Numbered from the stretch's first letter, positions 8,250-18,960 are shown. The stretch: DNA of 64,000 nucleotides from Alphaproteobacteria bacterium (GCA_021298595.1 JAJTHL010000004.1:10070-74069); one strand, 5' to 3'. Made by a program: numbers and translations. Notes: generated by a model from the sequence alone, not told the origin.

Positions 8250-9586
8250 GGCCTCTTCACGGTAGAAGTTTTACATAGGTTTACAAAACCTGTGCCATTA
8301 TCCTTACCGTCAGAGTGCACTTTAAACATAACTGCATCTAAAATTCTATGGAGATACGGATTTTCTGTATCATCATCCGCTATCCCTTGGACACCTGCAT
8401 TAAGAAAATACGTTTCTGGGTTTAAAAGGCAGTTGAAATTAAACACAACATCGAACTCATCCCCCGCTTTTACCGTGAGGCGCTCATCCCCAAAAGCCGG
8501 CGTGACACTGCCGCCGATTTGTGCACCAGTAATATCCTTGATCAACATACCAAACTGTACACCCGTAACATCTTTTGTAAACTTAACCCTATAAGTGTAT
8601 TCATAGTTTTCAAAGGCCACAAGATGGTTAACACGTTTTCCGATTTTATTGCGAAGATGCGGGTCAATAATTTGGGCACCTCGCATGGGGTAAGGCGTAA
8701 CACTTTTGGACACAAAGTCATCAAAATAGGCCTCTAGTTCCAGCGCTTCTTGTTTTTTTATCTCTTCTTTATCTTGCTGTAAAGATTGTGGGGCACTAGG
8801 AGGAAAGTCGCCACTTTTAATGGAGTGTCGAACTTCTTGTCTTTGTGATGGCATAGAAAAAAGAACTCTATGGTAGGCACGCACCACATCAGAAGGTAGG
8901 CCGTCTTTGAGAAGCTCTCCTGCATCAAGAAGGAGGGCCCTATCACAAATTTGTGTTACGAGGCTATCTGCATGGGAAACAAAGAGAAGGGTTGTTCCGT
9001 TTTCTCGAAGTCTTTCTATCCTTGCAAAGCATTTTCGCCTAAACGCCTCATCTCCAACTGAAAGAGCTTCATCGACGACTAAAATATTTGGCTCTCTTGC
9101 CACCGAAACGGCAAACGCAAGGCGTACAGCCATGCCGCTTGAGTAGGTTTTCACTGGTTGATGAATAAAATCACCAATGTCAGCAAACTCAATAATCTTG
9201 GGCAGAATTTCTTGGAGATGTTCTTTGGTAATGCCCAAAACTCCCGACAGAATAGCAATATTCTCAAGTCCCGTGAAGGTTGGGTTCATCCCTGAGCCAA
9301 GCTCAAGGAGTGCCGCGATAGAACCAAACGTATCAATGGTCCCTTCTGTAGGATTCAAAGTACCGCACACGAGTTGAAGAAGCGTGGATTTTCCTCCTCC
9401 ATTACGACCTAGAATACCAACCGTTTCTCCAGCTTTGACATCAAAGGACACGTCCTTCAAAGCCCAAAACTCTTTATAGAGTTGCGTACGTCTTTGAAAA
9501 AATTGCAAAAGCCGGTGAGAAGGCTCTTCATAGACGTGGTAACATTTGCCAAGATTTCTTACTTTAATTGCAATATCAGAGCACAT
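8246..9586 (-). CDS. wzt: O-antigen/polysaccharide ABC exporter ATP-binding protein Wzt with a C-terminal carbohydrate-binding-type extension
   Basis: Walker A GRNGGGKST, signature YSSGM, Walker B ILVVDEALSVGD. A C-terminal extension of about 200 aa follows the NBD. I prefer the ATG at 9586 over the TTG at 9637 in the track. It overlaps the wzm stop by 11 nt. Confidence 0.85.
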   Translation of the reverse strand: MCSDIAIKVRNLGKCYHVYEEPSHRLLQFFQRRTQLYKEFWALKDVSFDVKAGETVGILGRNGGGKSTLLQLVCGTLNPTEGTIDTFGSIAALLELGSGMNPTFTGLENIAILSGVLGITKEHLQEILPKIIEFADIGDFIHQPVKTYSSGMAVRLAFAVSVAREPNILVVDEALSVGDEAFRRKCFARIERLRENGTTLLFVSHADSLVTQICDRALLLDAGELLKDGLPSDVVRAYHRVLFSMPSQRQEVRHSIKSGDFPPSAPQSLQQDKEEIKKQEALELEAYFDDFVSKSVTPYPMRGAQIIDPHLRNKIGKRVNHLVAFENYEYTYRVKFTKDVTGVQFGMLIKDITGAQIGGSVTPAFGDERLTVKAGDEFDVVFNFNCLLNPETYFLNAGVQGIADDDTENPYLHRILDAVMFKVHSDGKDNGTGFVNLCKTSTVKRP

Positions 9587-10415
9587 CGGCAAACCCTTTG
9601 CGTGTTTTCTGGAAGAAGACAAAGCCAAGCCATGCAAGAACTAGACTAAATCCTGTATAAATCGCCAGTTGAGCAAAATCAGGAAGTTTGCCCCATATCA
9701 TCACTTGTCTTGCTTGGGAAATGATGAATAAAAAGGGATTAAGGCTTAAAACTTCTTGATACTCAGGCGGAAGAGTCTCTGCAGAAAAGAAAATCCCTGA
9801 CAGAAACAACAAAGCCGTGGTCAGCAAACCAACAATATGGGTAATATCTCGAACAAAAACGCCAAGAGCTGCAAAAAACCATGAAACACCAAGTGTCAGG
9901 CATATGAGAGGAAACATGATCAGCGGCAAAAGAAGAAGCGTCGGGTGGGGAAGTCCGAAGTTAAATATATAAAATATAAGCCAAACAATAAAACTCACAA
10001 GCGCGTTGAAAAGGCTTCCACCAAGGGCAACGGCAGGAAGAATCTCAAGAGGAAAAACAACCTTTTTGACGAAGTTCTGGTGTGAAAGGATGATTGTAGG
10101 TGCACGGGAAATTGTTTCTGAAAAAATATTAAAGAGCATAAATCCAGTAAAAATAATGAAGGCGAACTCCATTTTAGAATCAACCTCGCCCACAGGCCAC
10201 CTGGCTTTAAACACAACGCCAAAAACAAAGGTGTAAATGGCAAGAAAAAGCAGAGGCGTGACAAAAGACCACAAAAACCCTAAGAAAGATTCGCGGTATT
10301 TACTTTCAACATCTCTTTTGGTCAAAGAGTATAAAAGTGGCCAGTTCAAAGAAAAACTCTTGACTATTTCCAAAGGTGAGGCACTAAATTTAATCATAGG
10401 AAAAAAGCTCCGCAT
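9576..10415 (-). CDS. wzm: O-antigen ABC exporter permease (ABC-2 type) Wzm
   Basis: About 279 aa with six hydrophobic segments. The N-terminal SLTKRDVESKYRESFLGFLW is typical of ABC-2 Wzm/TagG. It is adjacent to wzt. Confidence 0.8.
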   Translation of the reverse strand: MRSFFPMIKFSASPLEIVKSFSLNWPLLYSLTKRDVESKYRESFLGFLWSFVTPLLFLAIYTFVFGVVFKARWPVGEVDSKMEFAFIIFTGFMLFNIFSETISRAPTIILSHQNFVKKVVFPLEILPAVALGGSLFNALVSFIVWLIFYIFNFGLPHPTLLLLPLIMFPLICLTLGVSWFFAALGVFVRDITHIVGLLTTALLFLSGIFFSAETLPPEYQEVLSLNPFLFIISQARQVMIWGKLPDFAQLAIYTGFSLVLAWLGFVFFQKTRKGFADVL

Positions 10416-10944
10416 CACTCAGAAGAGGGGCAGCCGCATCCTTAGGAGCAAGGAGAGGAACACCGTCATAACACCAATTAATACTCAGGGAAGGATCGTT
10501 CCACTTCAAGCTTCTTTCATGGGCTGGAGAATAATAGTTTGTCACTTTATAGTAAAACTCTGCAGTGTTTGAAAGGGTCACAAACCCATGCGCAAACCCT
10601 TCGGGAATCCATAACTGATGTTTATTCTCTGCTGAAAGGAGGGCACCAACCCACTGACCAAACGTAGGAGACCCTTTTCGAATATCAACCGCCACATCAA
10701 AGACTTCCCCTTGCAAGACCCGAACAAGTTTTCCCTGTGCTGACGGGTTTATCTGATAGTGTAGGCCTCTTAAGACACCCATTTTTGAGAAAGATTGGTT
10801 GTCTTGGACGAACGTAACGGGGTGGCCCACGGCGTCTTCAAAAAGTCGTTGGTTGAACGATTCAAAAAAGTGGCCACGATCATCCTTGAAAACTTTAGGC
10901 TCGAGAAGAAGCACTTCAGGGATTGCAAGCTTTGTAATCTGCAT
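10390..10944 (-). CDS. rfbC: dTDP-4-dehydrorhamnose 3,5-epimerase
   Basis: 184 aa. FKDDRGHFFESF...RGLHYQ...QGKLVRV..GEVFDVAVDIR matches RmlC. Confidence 0.9.
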   Translation of the reverse strand: MQITKLAIPEVLLLEPKVFKDDRGHFFESFNQRLFEDAVGHPVTFVQDNQSFSKMGVLRGLHYQINPSAQGKLVRVLQGEVFDVAVDIRKGSPTFGQWVGALLSAENKHQLWIPEGFAHGFVTLSNTAEFYYKVTNYYSPAHERSLKWNDPSLSINWCYDGVPLLAPKDAAAPLLSDAELFSYD

Positions 10945-10947
10945 TGT

Positions 10948-11826
10948 TTAGCCTCGGTCCTTTAAAAGAGATAAGAGATACTGTCCATAACCATTCTTGG
11001 CAATTGCACGGCCCAGCGCCTCTAAGTCTGCATCTGAAATCCATCCCTTATGCCAAGCGATTTCTTCCGGACAACAAACGCGAAGCCCTTGACGGTGTTC
11101 TATGGTTGCAATGAAGTTGGCGGCCTCTAAAAGAGATTCATGGGTCCCTGTATCAAGCCATGCGTAGCCGCGACCCATTTTTTCAACGGAAAGCTTGCCC
11201 TTTTCAAGATAAAGTTTATTCAAATCTGTGATTTCAAGCTCACCACGGGGTGAGGGCTTTACTTGTTTTGCAAGGGAAACAACGTCCTTGTCATAAAAAT
11301 AAAGACCTGTGACTGCATACGAAGACTTAGGATGAAGGGGTTTTTCTTCAATGGAGAGAACGCGGCCTTGGGCATCGAATTCCGCGACACCGTAATGTTG
11401 AGGTTCCCTGACACGATACGCGAATACGGTAGCACCATCATCACGTTTTGACGCACTTTGCAGTAAGTCATCAAAGTTATGGCCGTGAAAAATATTATCA
11501 CCAAGGACAAGTGCGCTAGGAGAGTTACCAATAAACTCTTCCCCGATAAGGAATGCCTGGGCAAGCCCTTCTGGCTTTGGCTGTACCTCAAATGAAAAGC
11601 GCATCCCCCATTGGTTCCCGTCTCCCAAAAGATGCTTGAAAAGCGGCATATCATGGGGCGTTGAGATGATCAATACGTCTTTGATATCGGCCAACATGAG
11701 TGTAGATAAGGGATAATAAATCATCGGCTTATCAAAGACAGGAAGTAGCTGCTTTGAAACGGAAAAAGTAGCAGGATGAAGCCTTGTGCCCGAACCACCC
11801 GCTAAAATGATTCCCTTACGATTCAC
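10948..11826 (-). CDS. rfbA: glucose-1-phosphate thymidylyltransferase
   Basis: 292 aa. [17 protein letters not shown]...[18 protein letters not shown] matches RmlA. Confidence 0.95.
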   Translation of the reverse strand: MNRKGIILAGGSGTRLHPATFSVSKQLLPVFDKPMIYYPLSTLMLADIKDVLIISTPHDMPLFKHLLGDGNQWGMRFSFEVQPKPEGLAQAFLIGEEFIGNSPSALVLGDNIFHGHNFDDLLQSASKRDDGATVFAYRVREPQHYGVAEFDAQGRVLSIEEKPLHPKSSYAVTGLYFYDKDVVSLAKQVKPSPRGELEITDLNKLYLEKGKLSVEKMGRGYAWLDTGTHESLLEAANFIATIEHRQGLRVCCPEEIAWHKGWISDADLEALGRAIAKNGYGQYLLSLLKDRG

Positions 11827-12727
11827 GGAATTCTCCTTCCTTTAGATCACGCACAAAGCGCGGTATATAATACGTCCAATCTGGTATTTTTATACCAAAC
11901 AATGTGTAAATTTTTTGTGAATTAAGACATGAATTCATGGGTCTTGGCGCAGGAAGCGGGTATTCGTGTGATGCAATAGATGTAATGGCTGAGGTTTCAC
12001 ATTTCAAGGCAATACCAACCTTCGTTGCCTCCTCTACCACAGTGGTTGCAAAGCCGTGCCATGATGTTTTACCGCCACCCACCAAGTGATAGACCCCTGT
12101 TTTGCCGTTGATTGCATCTGGGTTAAGGGCGTATTGATGCAAAATAAGGCTTGTCACATCTGCGATCAAGGACGCGTTTGTAGGCGCACCGAATTGATCA
12201 CCCACCACGCGCAGTTGCTCTCGGTCGCGGGCAAGACGCAAAATCGTTTTGGCAAAGTTATGGCCATGGCTTCCATAGACCCAACTTGTTCTAAAAATAA
12301 GATGCAGCCCGCCCGCAGCAACAATGGCCTCTTCGCCGGCAACCTTACTTTTGCCATAGACGCCGAGGGCGCCGCAAGCATCGCTCTCGAGGTAAGGCGT
12401 GTCTTTCAGACCATCATAGACATAATCTGTTGAGTAATGAACAAAAAGACGCTTTGACCCTGCCGCCTCTTCAGCAAGAGCTTTCACTGCTGTGGCATTC
12501 ACTTGATAAGCGGTCGCTTCATCCGTCTCGGCTTTATCCACGGCAGTATAAGCGACAGCATTAACGACGATATGCGGATTGTGATCTTTGACAAGGTCCA
12601 CAAGACCGCCCTCATCCATGAAGTTAGCGTCCTCACGCCCTAAGCTAACTACTTCTGCCACGGGCGCCAAAGACCGAGCAAGCTCATAGCCTACTTGTCC
12701 ATTTTTTCCTAAAAGGAGAATTTTCAT
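11816..12727 (-). CDS. rfbD: dTDP-4-dehydrorhamnose reductase
   Basis: 303 aa. [13 protein letters not shown]...[12 protein letters not shown]...STDYVYDG...YGKSK matches RmlD. Confidence 0.9.
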   Translation of the reverse strand: MKILLLGKNGQVGYELARSLAPVAEVVSLGREDANFMDEGGLVDLVKDHNPHIVVNAVAYTAVDKAETDEATAYQVNATAVKALAEEAAGSKRLFVHYSTDYVYDGLKDTPYLESDACGALGVYGKSKVAGEEAIVAAGGLHLIFRTSWVYGSHGHNFAKTILRLARDREQLRVVGDQFGAPTNASLIADVTSLILHQYALNPDAINGKTGVYHLVGGGKTSWHGFATTVVEEATKVGIALKCETSAITSIASHEYPLPAPRPMNSCLNSQKIYTLFGIKIPDWTYYIPRFVRDLKEGEFRES

Positions 12728-13842
12728 GAGTATTGCTTCTCAATCCATTGACGATAAGAGCCACTCAAGACATTTTCTATCCATTTCGTATTCTCAAGGT
12801 ACCATGCAATGGTTTTGACAATCCCGGTCTCGAAGGTTTCTGCCGGACGCCATCCAAGCTCACGCTCGATTTTCCTCGCATCAATAGCATAACGCCTGTC
12901 GTGTCCGGGCCTATCTTTCACGTAAGTAATAAGCTCTTTGTAGCTTTTCAAAGGTACGTTTGTATCAGGATGCTTCAAACCGCGTGATGCAGGAGGTGTT
13001 TTTTCATCCAAAGCCGCACAAATAGTTTCCACAATCTCGAGGTTTGTTTTTTCGTTCCACCCACCGATATTGTAGGTTTCACCGACGGTCCCTTTTTCTA
13101 GGACACGACGAATAGCGGTCGTGTGATCCGCAACATAAAGCCAATCACGCACATTTTGCCCATCGCCGTAGATAGGTAGTTTTTTGCCGGCAAGAGCATT
13201 GACGATCATAAGGGGGATCAATTTTTCTGGAAAATGATAGGGACCATAGTTATTCGAGCAGTTAGTTGTCAACACAGGCAAGCCGTATGTGTGATACCAG
13301 GCCCGAACCAAATGATCAGACGCAGCCTTGCTGGCTGAATAAGGACTATTGGGCTCATAGGGATGCGTCTCTGTAAACGGAGCCGCCTCGGGGGACAGTG
13401 ACCCATAAACCTCATCGGTACTCACATGTAGAAATCTAAACGCGTCTTTTGCACTTTCATCAAGGGCACTCCAATAGTTTTTGGCAGTCTCTAGCAAATT
13501 AAACACACCGTTAATGTTGGTGCGAATAAAGTCCCCTGCCCCGTGAATGGAACGGTCCACATGGCTTTCCGCAGCAAAGTTCACTACTAAGGAAGGCTTA
13601 AACTCTGTGAAGACGGCTTGCATTTTTTCAGCATCACAAATATCTGCTTGTACAAAGTGATAGTCTGGGTGCGTTTGATATTCTGATAAATTTTCCGGAT
13701 TACCTGCATAAGTCAAAGCGTCAACATTGACAAGTGGTCCAAGGCCGATGGAAAGCCAATCCCGGACAAAGTTAGAACCAATGAAGCCACATCCGCCTGT
13801 GACAAGCACAGGACCATTCAAGCTACCTAACACAAGAGTCAT
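12724..13842 (-). CDS. rfbB: dTDP-glucose 4,6-dehydratase
   Basis: 372 aa. [14 protein letters not shown]...HVSTDEVYG...[12 protein letters not shown]...[12 protein letters not shown] matches RmlB. Confidence 0.95.
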   Translation of the reverse strand: MTLVLGSLNGPVLVTGGCGFIGSNFVRDWLSIGLGPLVNVDALTYAGNPENLSEYQTHPDYHFVQADICDAEKMQAVFTEFKPSLVVNFAAESHVDRSIHGAGDFIRTNINGVFNLLETAKNYWSALDESAKDAFRFLHVSTDEVYGSLSPEAAPFTETHPYEPNSPYSASKAASDHLVRAWYHTYGLPVLTTNCSNNYGPYHFPEKLIPLMIVNALAGKKLPIYGDGQNVRDWLYVADHTTAIRRVLEKGTVGETYNIGGWNEKTNLEIVETICAALDEKTPPASRGLKHPDTNVPLKSYKELITYVKDRPGHDRRYAIDARKIERELGWRPAETFETGIVKTIAWYLENTKWIENVLSGSYRQWIEKQYS

Positions 13843-13844
13843 TT

Positions 13845-14807
13845 TTATAGTTTTCCCAAAATTGCCGCAACTACCAACGCTATATTCCCAAGAAAGGTCT
13901 GACGATAAACACCTGTTTTATTAAAAAGATACAGCCTTTTTAATAGTCCAACCTGTCGTGCCTTATCAAAATTCTTTAAGATCTCACGATTCTTTGGTGT
14001 AAACAAAAGTGACACAAATTGCAAGACCTTTATGTTATTAGTATTCCACTGATAAAAACTCCCCTTTATTAATAGGCGAATCCTTTTTATTCGCGCTATC
14101 ATATTATTATTTGCCCCCACAGTATTTTTGGGGTGTTGTCGGTATAATATCAAAGGTATTTCATCATAAAAAACATGGCCCTCGCACCCTGTAACTAATT
14201 GATAAAGCAACCAGTCGTGACTGACAATGGGGATATGAGTTTCGACAAGGCAAAGCAAGGAGCAAGCTTTTTCGTTAAAAACCATGGTATTACCACCTGC
14301 CAGGCTTTGAACGAGAGCATTGGAGAAGGTAGGTGGCTTCGTGAATAAGGGAGAGAGGCCCAGGCGTTTACCTTGCCCATCAATAAGGGATGTGCGCCCA
14401 CAGTAAAGTGCTGGCTTGTCTTCTAGAGCAGCGTTAAGAAAACACAAGGCCGTTTCAAGCTTTTTGGGGTCCCACAGATCATCTTGATCACAAAAGGCAT
14501 AAAAGGGTGCTTCGGCGTTTGCACGCTTTGCAAGACTAAGAAAATGATGAGCAAATCCTTTTTGTGGCCCACGATAAAGATAAACTTGTCCATTAGGTCG
14601 AGCACGTTGATACGCTTCCAGGATTTGCCATGTTTGATCTGTGGATCCATCGTCACTGGCGTGCAAGACCCACCGCGTATGGGTTTGCTGACTCAAAGAA
14701 TCGAGTTGTAGTTGAAGAAACTTTTCCCCGTTAAACGTGCACAGCAGGATTGCAACAAGATCCTTTTCACGATAGACGCTTAGCATTTTGAAAGTACACA
14801 TCAACAC
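13845..14807 (-). CDS. family 2 glycosyltransferase (first gene of the O-polysaccharide operon)
   Basis: 320 aa. [22 protein letters not shown]......ASDDGSTD...CDQDDLW is the GT2 (DxD) pattern typical of rhamnosyl/O-antigen transferases. Confidence 0.8.
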   Translation of the reverse strand: MLMCTFKMLSVYREKDLVAILLCTFNGEKFLQLQLDSLSQQTHTRWVLHASDDGSTDQTWQILEAYQRARPNGQVYLYRGPQKGFAHHFLSLAKRANAEAPFYAFCDQDDLWDPKKLETALCFLNAALEDKPALYCGRTSLIDGQGKRLGLSPLFTKPPTFSNALVQSLAGGNTMVFNEKACSLLCLVETHIPIVSHDWLLYQLVTGCEGHVFYDEIPLILYRQHPKNTVGANNNMIARIKRIRLLIKGSFYQWNTNNIKVLQFVSLLFTPKNREILKNFDKARQVGLLKRLYLFNKTGVYRQTFLGNIALVVAAILGKL

Positions 14808-14853
14808 AGTTTTGCAACTTTATAGCAGGTTCCGCGCAAACAGCAATATTTTT

Positions 14854-14869
14854 TGGCACAGAGGGGCAA
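14854..14869 (+). promoter_or_regulatory. candidate sigma-54 (-24/-12) promoter upstream of the MCP gene
   Basis: TGGCAC-AGAGG-GGGCA has GG and GC spaced as in the TGGCAC-N5-TTGCA consensus. It lies about 150 nt upstream of the ATG at 15018. Single-motif match only. Confidence 0.25.
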
Positions 14870-15017
14870 TTCATAATGAGCACGTTAGACTTTTGAAGCA
14901 GCCCCATTTTCCCTGAGAACATTCATGAATGCTTGCACGCTTCGTGCCCTCGGTTGATTCATATTTTATTAAGAATTTTGGTTTATTTTGTGTTCACATC
15001 ATCTAGAGGAAAAAGAC

Positions 15018-16748
15018 ATGACCCTTAGATTAAAAGACAAAATTGCGCTTTCCATTGGCTGTTTATTCGTCTTCATGCTTTTAGAGGGGTTCGTGCACTT
15101 TTATGTAGATACGGCTTCCCAAGAAAAAATGGAGCAACAAGTTAAAACCTCTAGCCTTTTACGCAAAAGTATGGACGCTGACATGATGCACGATGCCATC
15201 CGCTCGGATGTTCTGGCGTTTTTAAAAGCGCGTTATATGCACGATGCAAAAGGGGAAAAAGACGCCCTCAATGACTACGCCGAACATAAAAAGTCATTTT
15301 TTGATAATGTTTCAGCTGTCCACAATCAGGCCACGGACCCCGCGATACGCAATGAATATGGCAATATCCTTAATGTCATAGCGGGCTATTTTACTGCAGC
15401 GGAAAAGGTGCTTAAGTCTCCCGCACAGGCCAATATGGCCGACTCCTTCTTCCCAGAGTTTCAAAGTGTCTTTGAAGACCTTGAAAAAATCATGGCAGGA
15501 GCGGGTGACAAACTTGAGGCTTTTCAAAAAGAGGTGGCTGTTGATAATGAGTCTTTCAATCAGAGTAAACAGAAAATTTTTCTTCTTGTCAAAGCATTGT
15601 CAATATTTTTGGCGCTCTATGTGGGATACATTGTGCTCTACAAGATGATCACCCCCCTCAACGCTCTTGTCAAATCCATGATCGAGCTTTCACATAATAA
15701 TACAGAAGTCGACATCCCCTTTACAGAGCGACAAGACGAAGTGGGTGATATCGGTAGATCTTTGCAAGTTTTTAAAAATAACGCCTTAGAAGTCAGCCGA
15801 CAATCAAAAGAAAAACTAACCCTCCTTTCCAATCAACGAAAAGAATTGTCAGAAAAAGTCGAAAACCTCATTCTTAATTTAGAGCAAGAGATGGGCGCCT
15901 CCATGAAGGCCTTGGAAGAGGATTCGTCCGAAGTGGCCTCCACGGTGGGAAGCTTACAAGCTTTGATTAAATCCTTGGGAGAAAGAGCAAAACAAGCCGA
16001 AGACAACACGCGAAAAGCTGCCTCCAACGCCGATACCACAAGAAAAACAAGCACGGGCTTACACCAAACACTCAGCGAGGTCTGCCAGGGGATGGACCGC
16101 GGTCTTTCCCTGGTCACAGAAATGACTGGAGAAATCGGCATTGTCAGCCAGCATGTAAGTGAGCTTACAAAAACAACAAAAAAGATCGAAGCTATCGTTG
16201 ATCTCATCTCCAATGTGGCAGGCCAAACAAATCTTCTTGCCCTCAATGCGACCATTGAATCCGCCAGAGCCGGAGAGGCTGGAAAAGGATTTGCGGTGGT
16301 TGCCAGCGAGGTCAAGGGCCTTGCCAATCAAACAACTGAATCAACTGGAGAAATTGCGGCGCAAATCCAGGCCATTCAGGCGTCCGTTTCCCTTTCTTCC
16401 AGCGCGACAGAGCAAGTGGTCACACGCATGCAACAGGTTCAGGCGGCTTTCACAGAGCTCATGTCTTGCTTGACAGAACAAGTCTCCAGCACCCTTGATA
16501 TGCAGGCAAGCGCCCAAGAATCTTCTGATTGCGCCCGCTATGTGGCCAAAGACATTCAAGAAATTACTGATTCTACATCAATGCTTTACAATTCTTTGAA
16601 CACATTTGAGCGTAAAAGCAGTGATGTTCTTTCAAAGGTAACAGAACTTCAAAAATCCAGCAAAGCTTTGATCGCACGGTCTTTTGAGGTCTCCACTGCC
16701 GCGAAATCCGTGGAGATTGACACAGCACAAGAGGCAGTAAGCGCGTAG
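15018..16748 (+). CDS. methyl-accepting chemotaxis protein (4-helix-bundle sensor, HAMP, MA domain)
   Basis: Two TM segments flank a periplasmic domain of about 170 aa. HAMP region ([12 protein letters not shown]...DEVGDIG). Highly conserved signalling tip [37 protein letters not shown] 15018 has SD GAGGAAAAAGAC; the track start at 14988 is TTG. Confidence 0.9.
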   Translation: MTLRLKDKIALSIGCLFVFMLLEGFVHFYVDTASQEKMEQQVKTSSLLRKSMDADMMHDAIRSDVLAFLKARYMHDAKGEKDALNDYAEHKKSFFDNVSAVHNQATDPAIRNEYGNILNVIAGYFTAAEKVLKSPAQANMADSFFPEFQSVFEDLEKIMAGAGDKLEAFQKEVAVDNESFNQSKQKIFLLVKALSIFLALYVGYIVLYKMITPLNALVKSMIELSHNNTEVDIPFTERQDEVGDIGRSLQVFKNNALEVSRQSKEKLTLLSNQRKELSEKVENLILNLEQEMGASMKALEEDSSEVASTVGSLQALIKSLGERAKQAEDNTRKAASNADTTRKTSTGLHQTLSEVCQGMDRGLSLVTEMTGEIGIVSQHVSELTKTTKKIEAIVDLISNVAGQTNLLALNATIESARAGEAGKGFAVVASEVKGLANQTTESTGEIAAQIQAIQASVSLSSSATEQVVTRMQQVQAAFTELMSCLTEQVSSTLDMQASAQESSDCARYVAKDIQEITDSTSMLYNSLNTFERKSSDVLSKVTELQKSSKALIARSFEVSTAAKSVEIDTAQEAVSA

Positions 16749-16852
16749 AGGGTTTAGTTGCGCTCTAATGTTAAAAGGCTACTTTCGCGCGACCATTTGC
16801 GCCGTCTTAATCGAAGATCACTTTCTGGACGCCTCACATTGGCGAAATCTTT

Positions 16853-17637
16853 TTACACAAGTTCACTTTTTAATCGCTTGAAAAAAGTGTCTCTAGCCCG
16901 ACGCTCACACGCAGGATAATGCCCACACCGTTCCATTGCGATGAAACGAAAATTCCTAAGAACACAGGCAAGAGGCTTCACTACGCCCTCAACAGGATGA
17001 GGATCATAGGTTCCGTGGAGCGCCACCACAGGACACTGAATCTTTTTGCCGTATGCAAGAAGCGCTCCTGATTGCCGTCGCGTACGCACGTCGCGCCACA
17101 CCTTGTCATAAATCTCATAGGAAACGTGGAGGAAAGGATTCTCAAGGGGCAAGGGATCATACCCGTCCACAACCCTGTCCAAGTTTGCAAGCTGCAAAAG
17201 GACCGCGTCTTTTTCTTTTCCCCGCGCGCGTGTAAGCTGCCCTTCCAGAAACGCAGCCTCGCGTTTTTGAGCGTCCGACATGCGGGCCAGGCGCGCGTGT
17301 TGGATCATGGCGGCGCATTGATCATCAAAAACCGCGCTTCCCACCAAAATCACTTTTATCACAAGATGAGGAAATAGACCTGCAAGGGCGTAACTAAGAA
17401 AGGCGCCATAAGAATGTCCCAAAAGAACCATAGGGGCTGTGGTATAGACGTCAGCACCACGGCAAGCTCTTCAACTTGTCCTTCAAAACTAATGGCCCTT
17501 TGAAGGGGCTCTAGGACACCTTGATCTTTTGCAAGCGCGTGCGCCAGCGGCGCTAAGTCCCCTGCCGCGCCTGGACCGCCATGTACCAAGGCAAGACCGT
17601 AGGGCGCGCTCCCATGGCACCTCACGCGCTCACCCAC
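16853..17637 (-). pseudogene. alpha/beta-fold hydrolase interrupted by a single frameshift
   Basis: The N-terminal piece (17359..17637; LVHGGPGAAGD oxyanion region) and the C-terminal piece (16853..17431; LLGHSYG nucleophile elbow, C-terminal GHYP) are in different frames. Adding one C to the CCCC run (plus-strand GGGG 17433-17436) gives a continuous ...LTSIPQPPMVLLGHSYGA.... Confidence 0.7.
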
Positions 17638-17649
17638 GGCGACCTACAC

Positions 17650-18132
17650 TCATGTAACGTCGCCTTGTAAATAGGGAAAGTCCGCGCGAAGAAGCGCCAG
17701 GACCTTGTCTGCGCTCTCGGCATTCTTAAGCAGCATCAGAACCGTGTCATCCCCCGCAATGGTCCCCAGAAGATGAGAGTCCGCGTTTTCGTTCTCGTGA
17801 TAAGCCACGTATTTCTGATCAAAGTAGTAGGCCAGGCTATTGGCATTACCGGGATGGGTATGAAGCACCAAAAAGCCAAAATCAGATTTTTTGATACTTA
17901 GAACCTGGGGCAGCACCGCCGTTGGTTGTGCCAAAACCTTGTAAGCGCCTCCCACCTTGACCACATTCAGTTTCTTAAGCCGCCTGGAAAGAGTCGCTTG
18001 GGGAAGCTCGAACCCCCTTTTTTGCAGCTCACGCGCTAGGTGCGACTGCTCTCTAACCTCTTGCTGCTGCACGATATGAACAATATGTCCGTCCACCACT
18101 TGGTCATGGGCCAAGGCTGCTCTCCTATTCAC
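17650..18132 (-). CDS. argR: arginine repressor ArgR
   Basis: 160 aa. N-terminal winged-helix region (QSHLARELQKRGFELPQATLSRRLKKLNVVKV) and C-terminal oligomerisation/arginine-binding region with GTIAGDDTVLML. Confidence 0.8.
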   Translation of the reverse strand: MNRRAALAHDQVVDGHIVHIVQQQEVREQSHLARELQKRGFELPQATLSRRLKKLNVVKVGGAYKVLAQPTAVLPQVLSIKKSDFGFLVLHTHPGNANSLAYYFDQKYVAYHENENADSHLLGTIAGDDTVLMLLKNAESADKVLALLRADFPYLQGDVT

Positions 18133-18136
18133 TGAT

Positions 18137-18212
18137 ATTCACTCTTTTGGAATTATATTCATTTTTTCCTTGACCTGGCAATAATCTTCTCTTACATATG
18201 AATATATCGAAT
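18137..18212. promoter_or_regulatory. AT-rich divergent promoter region with clustered ARG-box-like half-sites (TGAAT/ATTCA)
   Basis: ATTCA at 18137-41; GGAAT-TAT-ATTCA at 18149-61; TGAAT-ATAT-CGAAT at 18199-212. None is a perfect 18-bp ARG box (TNTGAATWWWWATTCANW); spacing or orientation deviates in each. Confidence 0.3.
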
Positions 18213-18234
18213 ATAAAATGGATAGGAATTCGAC

Positions 18235-18960
18235 ATGAAAAAGATGATTTCAAGCCTTCTTTTGGCTTCAGCCCTTATTTTAAGCGGATGTTCACAGGAA
18301 AAAGACGATAATACACTCACCTTTGCGGTGTGTGCAGATTATCCACCTTTTGAATATTTAGAAAACGACAAGCTTGTGGGCCTTGATGTGGACCTGGCCA
18401 CAGCCCTTGCCAAAGAGATGGGAAAAGGCGCGCATTTTGAGAATTTGCCCTTCGCCTCGCTCCTTGCGTCTGTCCAAACAGGATCAGCCCACGCGGCCAT
18501 CTCCACTTTGACCGTGACTGAGGAAAGAAAAAGAACATTCGATTTTACAGATTCCTACTTTTTGGAAACACTCACGGCTGTTTATAAAGAGGAACACCCC
18601 GTTAACACCGCAGACGAGCTTAAAGGTAAGAAAATTGGCTGTCAAATCGGCACCACCACCGAGATCTGGCTCAAGGATCACCTGCCAGGACTGCCCCTCA
18701 CAGTCATGGACACCAACAATCAAGTCATCGAGGCTTTGAAGGCTGGACACATTGATGTGGCCGTTCTGGACGGCGCCCAGGGCGTTCTTTTTTCCAAAAT
18801 GAACAAGGGACTGGCATCAAAAGTAATTGCAACCTCTGATACGGGGTACTGTATTGCCGTCGCCAAAGGCTCTCCCCTAAAGGACATGCTAAACGCCGCC
18901 CTTAAAAAGCTAAAGGACAACGGGACACTCCAAGCCCTGACCCAAAAGTGGGTCGGGTAA
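18235..18960 (+). CDS. polar amino-acid (arginine/histidine/glutamine-type) ABC transporter substrate-binding lipoprotein
   Basis: 241 aa. Lipobox LILSGC. The family-3 SBP pattern is present (FAVCADYPPFEY, GLDVDLA, ISTLTVTEERKRTFDFTDSY, GCQIGTT). Confidence 0.85.
   Translation: MKKMISSLLLASALILSGCSQEKDDNTLTFAVCADYPPFEYLENDKLVGLDVDLATALAKEMGKGAHFENLPFASLLASVQTGSAHAAISTLTVTEERKRTFDFTDSYFLETLTAVYKEEHPVNTADELKGKKIGCQIGTTTEIWLKDHLPGLPLTVMDTNNQVIEALKAGHIDVAVLDGAQGVLFSKMNKGLASKVIATSDTGYCIAVAKGSPLKDMLNAALKKLKDNGTLQALTQKWVG

Noticed and set aside
18196-18216. TATGAATATATCGAATATAA as a canonical ARG box
   Set aside because: The two half-sites are direct repeats (TGAAT...CGAAT), not the inverted TGAAT...ATTCA arrangement. 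It is kept only as part of a low-confidence half-site cluster.
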